This document shows, piece after piece, positions 44,721 to 59,083 of a stretch of 64,000 bases of DNA; the stretch's first letter is position 1, and every line of letters starts with the position of its first letter. Location: positions 124,001 to 188,000 of the forward strand of contig CBFFRP010000138.1 in assembly GCA_965644295.1 (NCBI GenBank), read 5' to 3'. The stretch comes from Paraphysomonas bandaiensis. Its lineage: Eukaryota > Protista > Chrysophyceae. The position numbers and the translations under genes were made by a program. The notes below the pieces were generated by a model, which saw only the letters and a list, made by a program, of their open reading frames with translations, was not told where the DNA came from and did not search any database.

Positions 44721-45392
44721 ATGATCAATATGAATGAGTATATAGAGTTTAATCTTCTAGTATATTGTGTGGGGATGTGTATATATATCTCGTTAATGTA
44801 CAGGCTTCTTACCACCACTATTTCTTAGTATTTTTGATATCTATAAATTAGGATTTTTATATTTTATATAGAAATTCCATACTTTTTCATACAATGAATT
44901 TTTAGAAATATATGATTTTATGTCACCTGTGTGTTGAAAATATCGGTTTTGAGATTTACTCTGTTGTTAAGTTGGTGGAGATATAAACACTGAAAAAATG
45001 ATGACTCTTCAAGATCCCTCGTGTTTGTTTTTTTGGATGCTTAAACATGTTTTTTTTAGAAGTGGATATGTATGTATATGTCTGTATGCAGGTATGTATG
45101 CAGGATGCAGGTATGTATGTATGTATGTGCTGCTTGTACAGTATGTATATATATATATGTACGTATAAGTGTCTATAGTCTATATATGTATGCAGATGTA
45201 TGTATGTGTATGTATGTATGTGTATGTATGTATGGTGCTATAGCATGTGTATGGCACATAACACCAACACACACACACACATACATATATATAGAGAGAG
45301 AGATCACATTGGTGCTAACCTAAACCTCGTGTGGCTAGCCAATCCATCCATATAACACCTTTACTATCTTATCTTATCACTAGATTGCAATC

Positions 45393-46035
45393 ATGTGTTG
45401 CAGTGCCATTACATGTAAGTGTCACCTACACACACATACATACATACATACATACATACATACACACACAGTCATATACACATACACATACATACACAGT
45501 CATACTCACGTACACATACATACACACACATACATACACAGTCATATACACACATACATACATAATTTAACTAACTTTTATATATAGTTGCAAAGTGTTG
45601 CACATTTTACTCCATCTCCGGCATCATATTTCTGGTAACCTCCTCACTCATCCTCATCTACTCACACTCATATATGTATATCTATGTAGTTTATTATCGG
45701 GATATTGCTGGACTCGCAGGGTGTGTATATTCAAGGGGTAGATGATGCTGACAAGGGCTCGGAGAACTGTTACATTGGCGGTATGTGTGTGTATTACTGA
45801 TGTGATGTTTAGATAGGGATACATGAGTAGAGGATCTTGTTTGGTGTTATATACACACATGTCTCTTAAATCACTGTACTGTGCTGATATATGCATTGCA
45901 GCTGTATTATATATAGTGTCTCTTGTTATCTCGGTTGGGTACTGGATCTACTACGAACATACACAGTCAAGAACAATTGCTACCGGTAAAAGAGGAGGGT
46001 TTGATAGCAAGGAGTACGGCTCTTTCCAGACATAA
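45393..46035 (+). CDS. RNASEK: RNase kappa / V-ATPase subunit f-like small two-TM protein (4 exons)
   Basis: Spliced product MCCSAITFAKCCTFYSISGIIFLFIIGILLDSQ...SENCYIGAVLYIVSLVISVGYW... with canonical GT-AG joins. Matches the C..S..G.IFL and NC.IAA.LY pattern. Confidence 0.7.
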
Positions 46036-48274
46036 TCGCATTCCAGTTCCCGCGGCCTCACCATATACAAAGGCACATGCTTCCAGTCTTTATGTTTACG
46101 TGAAGTGGCTATGCATGATGTATTGTGAATGTTGCTACATGCCGCATTATTTGGAGGTGTTTCTTTTGTCGAATGCACTTCGTTATATTAATTACTAACC
46201 AGATACTAAATAGCATACCGTCTAGTACATCTTTCGATTGCATCATCACCTTCATCTTATTGTAACAAGCTCACTGATTCCAAGAACTGTGTCCAAGATT
46301 GTGCAGTTTACGAGTTGTGCAGTGGTATCGCCAGGGAATCGCATTTTACTGAATAATTAAAGAATGTTAGCTAAATTAAATCATAGAGATAGGGAAAAAT
46401 AACTCCAATGATGGCTATTCGATAAAAGTGGAGAAGCAAACTTCAATGGTTTAAAGTATTATCTACAACTTGGCACTAGCAATTAACTGGCAATTCCATT
46501 AATTGGTTTAAGAGGAGTGGCAATTGTTATTGAATATCTCATCAATTATTTGCCGATTAATTGTTACGCAAGGCTGAGAACAAGTCACTAGATACGCATG
46601 ATCCAGAAATTGAAAGTGTAGTAAGATTGAACATAAAGTATAGCCATTAAATATAAAGTCCAAGAGTGGAATTAAATAACTTTTATGGCTGTTCTTTTCG
46701 TGAATTCATTTATACTGTATCTCATCCTAACTATGTCGTCATCGCTGTGTTTATACTTTTACCTCCACCATAAGCAAGTGGACAACACTTTATACATAAA
46801 TACAGTGAATGCAGATATAAGCTCAATAATAGTAAGAAGAATGTTGTGATTATTAGAATATAAAGTGATGAGCACAGTATTGGAGAAAAGTGAATACTAA
46901 TGCAGAACATAACTATCACACACAACGGAATAGTTAGAGGTATAACTGACAATGACGATCATTATGATAACGATCAAGTATCTTCAACAGATACGATCTT
47001 TTCACATATACTATCTTATATAAAGGTGATTCCTAATAATAATTTCAATTTTTATAAATTGCAATTAAATTGGCTGGCTTAATTATATGTAGCATACTGA
47101 TCATAGGCACTATGCATACTTTTGACTAAAACTAACACAGGAATTATTGAACTACTGTTGCAGTAGTTAAATATAATCACAACAACATTAAAGTAGAATT
47201 GTCTAAGTGCTATATAGTTAAGTTAATGTTATGTCGTTTTTACTTATTTGAAATCTTTACAGGTTGTAGTTTTTGATGCAAATATATATTAATACATTCT
47301 GGTATGATTCATTCGATGTTCACTCTTTTCAGAACGCTTGAAATAGAAACACTGTATGCATTGAAACCTGAAGAGTTGAAATTGTTGTAGATTAGGTTAG
47401 TATAAGAATAGTAGAAGAAAATAAAACCAAATATTGGATTAATTCAATAACACAAGTTTTAGTGAAATCAAAAATATTTGACCGTAATATTTCTGTAAAT
47501 TATATCATATAAACTATTATACATATATGCTTTTTATGACTCTGTGTATTATTAATATTAACATGATATTAATATTATAAACCTAAGAAATAACAAACAT
47601 GCTACTGTTAATTTTAGTTGTAATACTCAACCGTAGTTAGTGCTGCATAACAATTTATTGGTTTAACTTAATTTTCAATTAGTGGCAGTGCAAATAATGT
47701 TAAGTTTGTGTAGTACTAGGTAACAGGTCACAGCAAATAGAGCATCCACTAAACTGATTACTTTTACACGTTTACTAACAGCAACATTATTATACCAACT
47801 ACTGCTGCCATGACGCAACTCAGTAGCTTAGAAACCGATAGTAAACGTTATAATAGAAAACTGACACGAAACTCGATATCCTAAATTGTAATGACGAAAC
47901 ATGTGAAGGTGCACTCTAGGCTATCAATGTTATGAGGCGATGGTTCAATATAACGGATGCACAAAGAGTGGTACCTGAAAACTATGAAACGCCGCGTGGA
48001 ATGGGATGAGGAAGTGACTAACCAAACTCACCGATGATAAAATATAGATATATACTGCTAATACATACTGATGGGATCATGAAACAAACATCCATTGCGA
48101 TAGGGCCATCACACTGGAACGACACTGACTGACAGCTGTACGTCATAGCCTATATGTGATTTTATATTCTGCACGTTGTTGCTAAGTTGGCAATCTGCAT
48201 GACTACATGAACACGTGTATGGACGCATACTGAACAATTATAAAAAGCGTTTTTTCTGGAACGTCGTGATAAGA

Positions 48275-49857
48275 TCAACCACGTGGTCTATACGCATCAC
48301 CACTACAAGGAGTAGAATCTTTCGACCCAGTCGAATAAGGACTGGAGTCGTTGACTCCTATTTCCCCGCCAACTTTCGGCGGAGCAGGTGCCTGGGGTTT
48401 ACCCCTAAATTCCATGGCATGAGACACTTCTTTGCCGCCCCCGTAAGAGCTGTGACTAAGGTGTTTTAAACGCAGCTCTTCCGCTTTGAGGTCCTTATGG
48501 TGTAACTTCGACCGGGTTAGGTCTGTCAGAGGTTCCCAACTCTCAGCAAGTGCGCGACCAGCAATATCCGAGTATAATTGGCGTAGCTCAAAATAGTACT
48601 TAGCATACAGAGACGGCTTAACTCCGGTGATAAACTTCATTAGATGCAGAGTTCGATATTCCATGCGCCGCAAATCCTAAAAATCCATAAATTAAATATT
48701 CGTAAGTATGAATTTCCAATTCCATACACATAAAAGGCATGTGACCTTAAACAATATATATATACAGTATCTACATGTCACGACTACAAATGTATATAAT
48801 GTACATGCATTTACAAATATACATCGAAGCAAAACGCATAGTAGACACCAGGCGGCATAAGTACCTTTAATTCAAGTGTTGGTAACAACATAATAAACCC
48901 TGAAGATCTTAAAGGTTTATCGTCCCACACTTTTTGGGCCAACATGATAGTTACCAGCCAAATAGCTCGCCAGTTATGGACAGTAAGGGGCATGTGATTC
49001 ATCGATGTAAGGCGGTTGATATACACAAGGGCCATTATATTGCACTCAGGTGAATACCTAGCTCCCGTGTATAGATATCTCAAGAATCTGTAGAACAGAC
49101 ATGAGCATAAGAACCTCATAACGGTGATAGTAATATCACAGCTGCATCAACGGATCCCATTGGGAGAAGAAACATACCTGAATACCGTGTACAAAAGAGG
49201 CACTCTATTCCCAACGATTCGATGCCTCAGTTCGTCATCGTCCACCTCACGAGACAATATATGTTCAGGGATGACCTCAAAATCCCCACCATTCTCTGGT
49301 GAAAGCGCATCGAAAGAAATATTGAATTCCGGGTACTCCACGTACTCCGGGTCATTCATGTTCTCGTAATCGTCAGATATCTGAGCTTGTATAATAGAAG
49401 CCAGGCTGCAAAAAGAATTAATATCATGAACTTAGGTAGTAATGACAGAGCACAACAAAAGCACAATTACGCACCAGTAAAATATCTGCAACATATTAGG
49501 GTTAATTAATGAACCCTCTGACTCGGTGCCCGAAATTGTATCAGTTAAAAATTGTCGATGAGCATTATATTGTCTTGCAGCATCAGTAGGATTTGGTAGA
49601 CGTGAAAAATATTGATCCTTTAATCTCGTTGGAGCATTCATTATTCTCGCGCTGTTGGATTCCCAGATATCATCAATTCCATCCCCATCTCTACCGGATC
49701 GTTCCGGTACACTAAATTCAGCTTGTTGAAATCTTCGTAAACTTACATCAATTTTTGGTATATCAGGCGATGAATTACTATGATTACAACGTAATTTATA
49801 ATCAGATGAATACATTTCATATTCTGAATATTCTTCTGATTCTGTATTCGGTTCCAT
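48275..49857 (-). CDS. CCNY: Cyclin Y-like protein (multi-exon)
   Basis: SPECNIMALVYINRL, NWRAIWLVTIMLAQKVWDD, VKPSLYAKYYFELR. Confidence 0.88.
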
Positions 49858-50658
49858 TTCCTATAAATTAATTATGTATATATTATAAATTATGTATGTA
49901 TATAATCTCATGAAGAGTGTATATAATTATGAATAATTTATATACGAAGTGCCCTTATTGATCCAAATAATCTCTCCTATTATTTGTCATATGCCTGGGG
50001 CTAAGGCGGTATTGCTATCTTGACCTCATCGAGATAGTTAGAGTGATGGAGTTAGGAACCAGTTGTTTATATAAGGGACTAGGGAAATTAATCCTACTAG
50101 AAACGCTAAGGTACAGTCCGGTCAAATATTCAATATAGACAATAATGAATTTTTATAGAATTTAATCTATAGATTTATTCATATTATATAAAAAAATGTA
50201 ATAATTACATTAATAAATTGGACAATTTTACAACATATGTGATGGGGGTATCTTACATCCTGGGTTCGTATGTGTATTTATGGCCGATAGTTCCAACCAC
50301 TAGAAATACTAGTATCCTATATGGGGCGTGTATACTGTAATACAGGATGTATTTTCCTCATCATTGTACCTATAGATCGATATATACGTACATATATATA
50401 TATATTATCGTACCTATACACCTATACCTACGTACATATTAGCCACGTACACATACATGCATGTGCCGTTATAAACATCGACTCACTTAAAACGAATTCA
50501 TTTCATGCAATAATTGAAGCAAGTTTACAATATCCTGCAAAATAAACACTACTGTAAGGTAAGTCTCTTATCCCTTGTATGATCTTTATGTTATTTTTTG
50601 CATTTCATCATCAGAATCGAGCCTATATATTAATACACACTTGACTCTAGAGATATGG

Positions 50659-50975
50659 TGTAGGACTATCCACTTACATATAGAATATATACGTGTACAT
50701 GTCCTGTATTATATGATTAGTAGTACAGTACTGTATTGTATACGTGTACCATGTAGTTAGGAATACAAACTGTAGGGAATGTGATTGTTGGGATTAGCAA
50801 TAGCCGTTGATATTGTAGACAGTATTATTAGCCGTTGATATTGTAGACAGTATTATTAGCCGTTGATATTGTAGACAGTATTATTCATGATTCATTATAC
50901 GATAATAATCATTATTTTGTACTTCTGTACTTGGGTATTGCTTTGCACACATACACATATGTATGCAAGCCCACA
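50659..50975 (+). repeat. 5' LTR (contains 3 x 28-bp tandem repeat)
   Basis: TGTAGGACTATCC...CAAGCCCACA, with TAGCCGTTGATATTGTAGACAGTATTAT three times. Confidence 0.97.
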
Positions 50976-51024
50976 GTAATATTACTTAATAAGTAGTACT
51001 CAATCTCTGTGATATAACAATATT

Positions 51025-54000
51025 ATGGGGGAAAGTAAGAGAAGCAAAATAAAAGCAGCTCCTCAAATAGAGGAATTGTTAGCTGCTTCGGGTTCTTCGT
51101 CTAAAAAGACGAAAAGAGAGAGAGAATCCTCTCGAAAACGAGCAAGAGATGCAACAACATCATCTCAAATGCAATCTTCTCCTCAAACTGAGACATCAGT
51201 AGAGGCTGAAGGAGAATTGAGTGGAGTATCATTTCGTGAGCTCTCTTCTTCTCAACCAAAGAGAAAGAAGCAAAGGAGTGGAGATCCGCACCCCAACAGG
51301 AGTGAGCGCATTGACTTGAATGAAGTCATTGCGACGGAATCCACTCCACATGAAGTAATCAATACCGACTCTATTCCCTACTTAGGTAGTGTGCAAGATG
51401 AGGATATCATCGAATTTTGTGAAAATCTCTCGAAAAGAGATCCTAAAGGGACAAAATTCATAAGGTCAGAAATCATGGCACCAACAGTGCGTGATATGCT
51501 TCAGTTTCAGCGACAGCAGGATTTTGGAGATGAGTCTGACGAGGACTGGCTAGATCCAAACATTGTAACTACTGAGGAATTGATTCAGTGGTTAAAGCAA
51601 GCCTTTCTAGAGGAAGAGGAGCGATACTCTGATACATTGGAGCCTCTTCCTAGGTTCATAGATAATATCATTGGACCAAAGGTTAAGGTGGATATTCATG
51701 TTCCTAAAGTATTCTTAAAAGAATATGGACGTCTGAATGAGCTTTATAAGCTCATTCCGGAGGCAAGTCTCACAGAGGTAGCCTCGGATACCATAGTCAA
51801 AACCCTCAAGAAAAACATTAAACTTGTGGGCGGACATTCCTTCAGAAAGGATGCCAAAGAGAAATTTATAGCGGATATAGGCCAAGGTCAATCTGCACCA
51901 AAAGATTTCGGAGCATTCTGTAGAAAGGTGCGAGAGCTTAACAATGACTATAGTCAAGCTGTGAGAAAAGTAAAGAGGATGGAAACTAAATTGGATTCCA
52001 AAGAAACATCTAAGTCTAACAAGACTAAGAATACAAAAACTTCATCCTCCAGCTCATCCTCAAGTACTAAAGCAACAACTGATACTAAGGAAGCATGTTG
52101 GATATGCGGTAATCTTCATAAAGGTGACTGCACCCGCAAAACCTGTGCATGGGCTAACCATGAAAAGAAGCCATGGAAAGATTCCACACAGGGCAAAAAA
52201 TATGCGGTTATGGGTTGGAGTACCTGCCCTTATGTGGAGAATCCTGATGGTCCTCCAAGATCGAAAACAAGTAAGTTATCATGCCCTAAGTGTTTATATA
52301 TAAATGCTATTGACATGAATAATGATATGCTCGATGTCTTTGTATATCCTAAAGCTGATGTCAATGTACAACAGGTAAAGGAAAATCTAAGAGCTAAAGC
52401 CTTATTGGACACGGGGGCTACTGGGAATAATTTCATTAACCAAGAACTTGCTGATATGTTAGTTGCTAGGTATAGAATTCCATTGCACGAGTGTAACATT
52501 AAAATTTGTAGTGCGCTTGATAATGCTTGTTGTAGTAGCAAGCAATATATGATAATAACTATAAGATTAACTGATGAGTATAACAATACTCTTGATATTG
52601 AGTTGCAATGTTTGATAATAGATAGCACCTTTGATATCATAATTGGTAGAGAAACTATCAAGAAATATAGATTAGTTGATCATTTTCCATCTCACTTTAT
52701 GGAAAGAGAGTTAGCAGGGAAAATGCTAGCTACGGCCGCGGGCCATGCTGAGAAGACTCAGCTTCTCTCGGAACATATTAGTGAGAGAGCCACATGTTAT
52801 AATAACATGGAAACATTAAGGCGCCAAGCTAAGGAACACCTTAGTTATAATAATAATTTACTTACAAGTAATAGCTTGGTTAGTACTATGTATTCACCTC
52901 CAATATCATCCATGCGTATAAGTGCATATGAAAAGGAAGATATAGGCGAGATTAGAGATAACTATCTGGAGTCAATCCCAGAAGAAATAGTTACAAATAC
53001 TCAGGAAAAAGTAGAAGGTACTACGTTACCAACTAAAATCTCTGGTCCCGAATCTTTACAAAGGAGGGTGAGAGAAATCCATGAAATCTATAAGGATAGA
53101 TTTAGAACCACAGTGTCGGATATGCCAATGGATGTTCCACCTTTTGAATTAGAGGTAGATAGGGATGCTTGGGAACAACCAAAACATTGTGGTCCGCCAC
53201 GAAAGATGGATCGAGTACGACAGTATGCTTGTAAAAAGCAAATCGATACATTTGTGGAGCATGGAATAATACAACCAAGTACGGCTCCTTATTATAGCCA
53301 GGTATTATTAGTTCCCAAACCAAATGATAAATGGCGATTCTGTGTAGACTATAAAGGTCTAAACAAGCACACACAGAGGGAACGTTGGCCAATACCTAAC
53401 ATCAAAGAAATGTTAGAACGTATTGGGTCTAAGAAACCCAAATACTTCATAATTCTGGATTTAGTATCTGGTTATTACCAGGCTAAAATTTCAGAGTACT
53501 CGAGAAAGTGGACGGCATTTATAACCTTCTGGGGAGTATTCGAATGGCTCCGACTACCCATGGGTTTGAGTGGTGCTCCATCATACTTTCAACGAGTATT
53601 AACAACAATTGTGCTTGCCGGGTTGATTATGTTCATATGTGAATTATATCTAGATGACCTGATTATATATGCTTCTACAGAAGATGAACTAATTGAAAAT
53701 TACGTTAAAGTTCTAGAACGCTTCAGGAAATACAATGTTTACATTAATCCTGAGAAAGTGAAAATAGGAGAGTCCGAAGTACAATATGTAGGACATACTC
53801 TAAATGAGGAAGGGTTACACTTTACTAGAGAACGTCTGGATAGTGTATTAAATTTCCCAAAGCCTGAAACTATGAAGGGTCTAAAATCTTTCCTCGGATT
53901 GGCAAATTATTTTCGGGATCACGTGCACAACCACTCCTTAGTGGTGAGACCGTTAAATAAAATGCTTCTCAACTATCATAGACGTAAACGTCTACAATGG

Positions 54001-55858
54001 ACAGAGGATGCCAATGAAGCATTTGAAAAGATCAAATTGATGATCCATGAATGTCCAACATTATTTTTCATTGATGACGAGTCACCAATATATTTATTGA
54101 CCGATGCATCTGATTATGGAATAGGAGCATACCTCTACCAAGTAGTAGATGGTGTAGAACGTCCAATAGGATTTCTCAGTAAAACATTCGATGAAAGAAT
54201 GATGAATTGGGATACACCTCAGAAAGAAGGATATGCTATATACTATGCCTTAGATAAATGGGACTACCTATTAAGGTATAGATACTTTACGATCAAAACA
54301 GATCATAAAAATATTACTCAGTTGAGAACTGATTACGCTAAGGATAAGAAAGTTCAGCGATGGTTGAAATGTTTCCAAGCATATGATTATGATCTATGTG
54401 ATATTAAAGGATCTGATAATGTTGTTGCTGATGCATTTAGTAGACTATGTGCATTAGAATCTAAAATGGAAACAAAATGTGCTTCCCTAATTCCCGATAT
54501 TAAAGTTCCAAACAAGGAATGGGAAATTATTAAAAGATTTCATAACAATGTTACAGGTCATCATGGTATTGATCGTACAATACAAAAATTACGAGACAAT
54601 GGTCATAAATGGTCAAAGCAAGGGGCACATGTGACAAAATTTATTAAAACTTGTCCTTGTTGTCAAAAGATGAGTAGAATTAAACCAATAATTAATGCTC
54701 ATCCCTTTACTGTCTCAACATATGGCCCGATGCAAAGAATAGCAGTGGATTTTATTCAGAGTCTGCATCCAGATGAGGATGGATACACTAATATATTAGT
54801 GATTATCGATTCTTTTTCTAGGTGGGTAGAATTAATCCCTACTAAGAATCTCACTGCCATGGCGGCGGCAAAGGGGATTGCTTCAACACCTGGGTAGATA
54901 TGGAGCACCTATTGAGATTCATTCGGATCTTGGACCAGCATTTGTGGATGATTTAACAAAATCATTGATAGAAATGGTTGGAAGTAATCAATCATTTTCG
55001 ATGGCGTATTCTAAAGAAGAAAATGCTATAGTGGAACGTGCTAATAAAGAAATTTTAAGGCACTTAAGAAATATTATATTTGATAAAAATGTACTAAATA
55101 ATTGGTCAATGTATCTACCTTTAGTACAAAGAATTATGAATTCTTCTAAACATAGAAGCACCGGCGTTACTCCCGCTAGTATTCTATTTGGGAATGCAGT
55201 AGATTTAGATAAGAGTTTATTCATTGAACACAATGAGAACTTGGACGGGAACGAACAAAAGCTATCACATTGGATAGATAGAATACAAAAGGTTCAGTCC
55301 ACTATTATGGATGTTGCAAGACGAAATCTTCGCAAACATGATGAAATCCACATGGCAACTGCACCAAATATACAAACAAAAGAATTTCCAATAAATTCTT
55401 ATGTGTTAGTTGAGCATAGACAAAATGCTTTACGTCCTGGACCGGCAAGTAAGTTATTACCATATCTTAAAGGTCCAATGCGAGTAGTCAATGTTATTGG
55501 AGACAAATATACTCTTCAAGATATTGTTACTAAACGTAATAAAGACTATCATATAAAGAAATTAAGGGAATTTAATTACGATCCCTCTACTATTGACCCC
55601 TTACAAGTGGCATGTAAAGATGGTGGAAACTTTTATGCTATTGACCATATTTCAAAAATAAAAGGTCGAGCTAAAGGTCCGAAAAGTCAAATAAAATTTC
55701 TAGTACATTGGATAGGGTATGAAAAACCTACATGGGAACCATGGGCTAACGTTAGAAAAACGTATGCTCTACAAAATTTCCTAACTCAACATCCTGATGA
55801 AAATGTAAGAAATTTACTACCTCGAAATGTGGTTTATTCTTCTGATGAAGAAGATTAA
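51025..55858 (+). CDS. Gag-Pol polyprotein, frameshifted in integrase at about 54875
   Basis: Zn knuckle CWICGNLHKGDC, protease LLDTGA, RT YLDD, RNase H TDASDYGIG, integrase HHCC and DDE motifs, chromodomain FLVHWIGYEKPTWEP. Confidence 0.95.
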
Positions 55859-55923
55859 TAACAAAGTTTACAGAATTGAGTGTCAATATAACACATTAAC
55901 ACATCAATTATAAGGGGAGGTAG

Positions 55924-56240
55924 TGTAGGACTATCCACTTACATATAGAATATATACGTGTACATGTCCTGTATTATATGATTAGTAGTACAGTACTGTA
56001 TTGTATACGTGTACCATGTAGTTAGGAATACAAACTGTAGGGAATGTGATTGTTGGGATTAGCAATAGCCGTTGATATTGTAGACAGTATTATTAGCCGT
56101 TGATATTGTAGACAGTATTATTAGCCGTTGATATTGTAGACAGTATTATTCATGATTCATTATACGATAATAATCATTATTTTGTACTTCTGTACTTGGG
56201 TATTGCTTTGCACACATACACATATGTATGCAAGCCCACA
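55924..56240 (+). repeat. 3' LTR
   Basis: Copy of 50659-50975. Confidence 0.97.
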
Positions 56241-57474
56241 ATGGCGTGTATCACTATACGAGTACATATGATAGACACTACTATTGTGGAAATCAAATTA
56301 GAAGAAGGAACAACATGTGAATCTGCCCTTAAATCCATTCAAGATGGATATCTTATATCAGGAGGGTTTATTAAGTGTGATGGTGTTATTGTACCTCATA
56401 CACGTGTACTTGTGCCGGATAATATATACGACTATACGGATGGCGTGCATATGGGTGGGTCAATACTCTGTGTGTTTGTTACCTCTATTTATATATTTAT
56501 TCTGTGTATATAGATAATGATACGATTATTTCTCAATTGAATGCCGTTCGTTCCCAACTGCAAATCATGTCGCCGATTCTCTTCCGTATGCATACCGAGA
56601 TCTTAAATCCTTGGCTCAGTAGAGATGTAACTCATAACAGGTATGTATGTGAATTGCTGTTGGCTTATACGTAGGTTTTTATGTTTATCTCTAAATGATT
56701 AATCTAAATATTCAGGAGCTCAGCTGAGTTTCGATCTGGTTTGAAAGCAGCTCTAAACATTCCTACCCCTTTCATTCCTTGCATGATAACAACTATGATG
56801 GGTAACGCTGATCAAGTTGTTGCTGCTCATATTCTGCCCACGTCTACACCAGATACAGTTTTGCATGCGCTGCGTGTGTCTAAAGAAGAACTTGAAACCA
56901 ACAGGAATGCTCTTTTCCTGGCACTGAATGTGAAAAAATGTTTTGATTCACTGAAGCTTTCTTTTATTCCTGTTGACCGTGGAACACCTAGTGCCAATTA
57001 TAAACTCCATATATGGGACAATTCCATAAGGGAATTAGCTATATGGGATGGCCACAAAAACAGAATTGGTAAGTGAATTATAGTGATGTGGCAAGTATAT
57101 GTCCATGCCGTCATATGTGCTTAGATTTACGTAATTTGTTGCTGTATAGTAAGTATTATGTATCCCTCTGAACCCTTCTCAGAATACAATTTTCTAATGT
57201 CACGTTGTAGGAAATTATGACGGTCACTACGTAAATATGTCTGGCCATCAGCCGATTGAAAGAGCCCTTGCGTACCAGGCTCATATGGCCTATCTTAATA
57301 CTGTTTTAAGAGTACGTGATTGTGTTATGTTTGTGTCGTTCTTGAATGATTCCATTACAGGACAAAGAAACCCTGGTTTCTCCTCTTCCCGCTGATGTAA
57401 ACGCATTTCTGGAGCGCAGGAAAGAATTCGATGACTTGTGCACGAAAATTATGAATTCGGAATGTGGAGTATAA
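56241..57474 (+). CDS. HNH_2-type endonuclease domain protein with N-terminal header domain (Crinkler-like), 5 exons
   Basis: CMIT...VVAAHILP...RNALFLALNVKKCFD..KLSFIP. Exons join in frame at GT-AG sites (about 56241-56455, 56514-56640, 56717-57068, 57211-57311, 57361-57474). Confidence 0.75.
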
Positions 57475-57729
57475 AATTGTACACTTTGCTAACAGCATGA
57501 TGAATAAGGTGGTTGAGTGGCAGTCGATAACAAGATGGGGTGTGATATTTACGACGAAATGCATATATATGCCGCTATTTTTATAAAAAGTTTTGTGTAC
57601 CCCGAAGAATTTCGCCTATATCATAAGCTATACGATTTCTCAACGCTTTCAATCAGAATATTGCTCTGGATTGAACATACTGTGATCTATTATAGTGTTG
57701 TAGATTGTAAACAGCTCATGCTTATGTAC

Positions 57730-59083
57730 CGAGGCTAGGGAAAATATAGTACAATATATCCCGGCAATTATATAACAGAGTTTTTTTACCGGCCCAACAA
57801 TACCATTGCAATATATTAGTATCATTACTCAGTAATTCCTTTTTTAGTACTAGTCATTGAGATCACATGATAACCAAACCCACTACGCTAACAAGTAAAT
57901 ACTATCTTCTACTTAGCTAGTCATAATTTATAATTTTCCTCGTATGTTGAGTTTTGCTATTTGAGAGCAATTGAAAGCTGTAGTTATAAGATATATAAAT
58001 TATAACCGTTACGAGTAGTATACTGTTATGGTTATCAGTATAATGAGAATTAATATCATGATGATAATTATATAGAGTGAAACGGGATAAAGTGACGATG
58101 CAAATTAGTACAGACGTAAGGCCGTACGAGAAATGAGTGGCAGTACTACTACCGTAGTAGTGATAACATGAAATTGATGAATGATAAGAAATGTTGATTA
58201 TAATTTATAATTCTCAGCATTGAGTCTAAGTTTACATTCAGTTGTTATAAGTTAACACTACTCTCTTATCATTCATTCATTACCAGAGCCATCACCAGTT
58301 ACGTTATCCACATTCATTGAGTTCCAACTGGTCATATGACTACTTTTCTAACACCTTCACGCCTCCACACACTGCACAACCCAACTTAGACAACTTCGCC
58401 AGCTCCATTTACGTTTAACTCCTACACTACAGTCAGCGGCACCCCGAGACTTTACAGATCCTACGCCTCTACCTCGCCCCATCTCACTTTCCCTCGGAAC
58501 ACTATATATCCTTCCATCTACATAACTCTGACCCTCCCTTAATAAACGTCGCAGACCTCTATCCCAAAGGGCATCCCCATGATTAACCGCACCTATTGAT
58601 ACTAAAGGATTCCACGTCCGTGTGCAGCTCTCACACTTACTTTAAGACTCACAATCCTGAAGACAGCATATATCAGATATATCAACATTCTGCTTGCCAC
58701 TGCGTTTTCTTTTAGCGATAGAGCAAAAGTGGTTGTACCTTGGTGTGTGGTGATATCAGAGTTAAGCACTATTTAGTTAAATTATTTTGCTACATTAGTT
58801 CTGACTCTTACACGCCTATTGCTAATCACTATCACTACTATCCACATTTTTATTTTTAAATTAATTAAAATATACATGAATCGTGCACCTCTACTTAGAT
58901 ATGTCAGCCTTTCGTTTCAAAAATGGGCTTTCCAAAACTATTTATGTGAATGTGCCATACAATGACGAAGATTTAGGATTTAGGTATAAGACTTAGACTA
59001 TCAATATATTGCAATATTGATGGAGTTTTTGGCCGGGCCACCAATCTATATATTGCAATTCAATATATTGTTCCCTAACCCTG
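57730..59083. mobile_element. Old hAT-like non-autonomous element
   Basis: Imperfect TIRs CGAGGCTAGGGAAAATAT / TATTGTTCCCTAACCCTG, shared subterminal motifs, and an 8-bp TSD TTATGTAC / TTATCTAC. Confidence 0.65.

Larger units (their letters stand above)
50659..56240 (+). mobile_element. Full-length Ty3/Gypsy chromovirus LTR retrotransposon
   Basis: 317-bp TG...CA LTRs at 50659-50975 and 55924-56240, identical by eye. ATGG TSD. PPT AAGGGGAGGTAG before the 3' LTR. Domain order PR-RT-RH-IN-chromo. Confidence 0.97.

Noticed and set aside
40600-46577. A single 6-kb transposon capturing RRP46 and RNASEK
   Set aside because: The inverted CAGGCTTGCG-like ends are more simply independent short elements, and I found no TSD.
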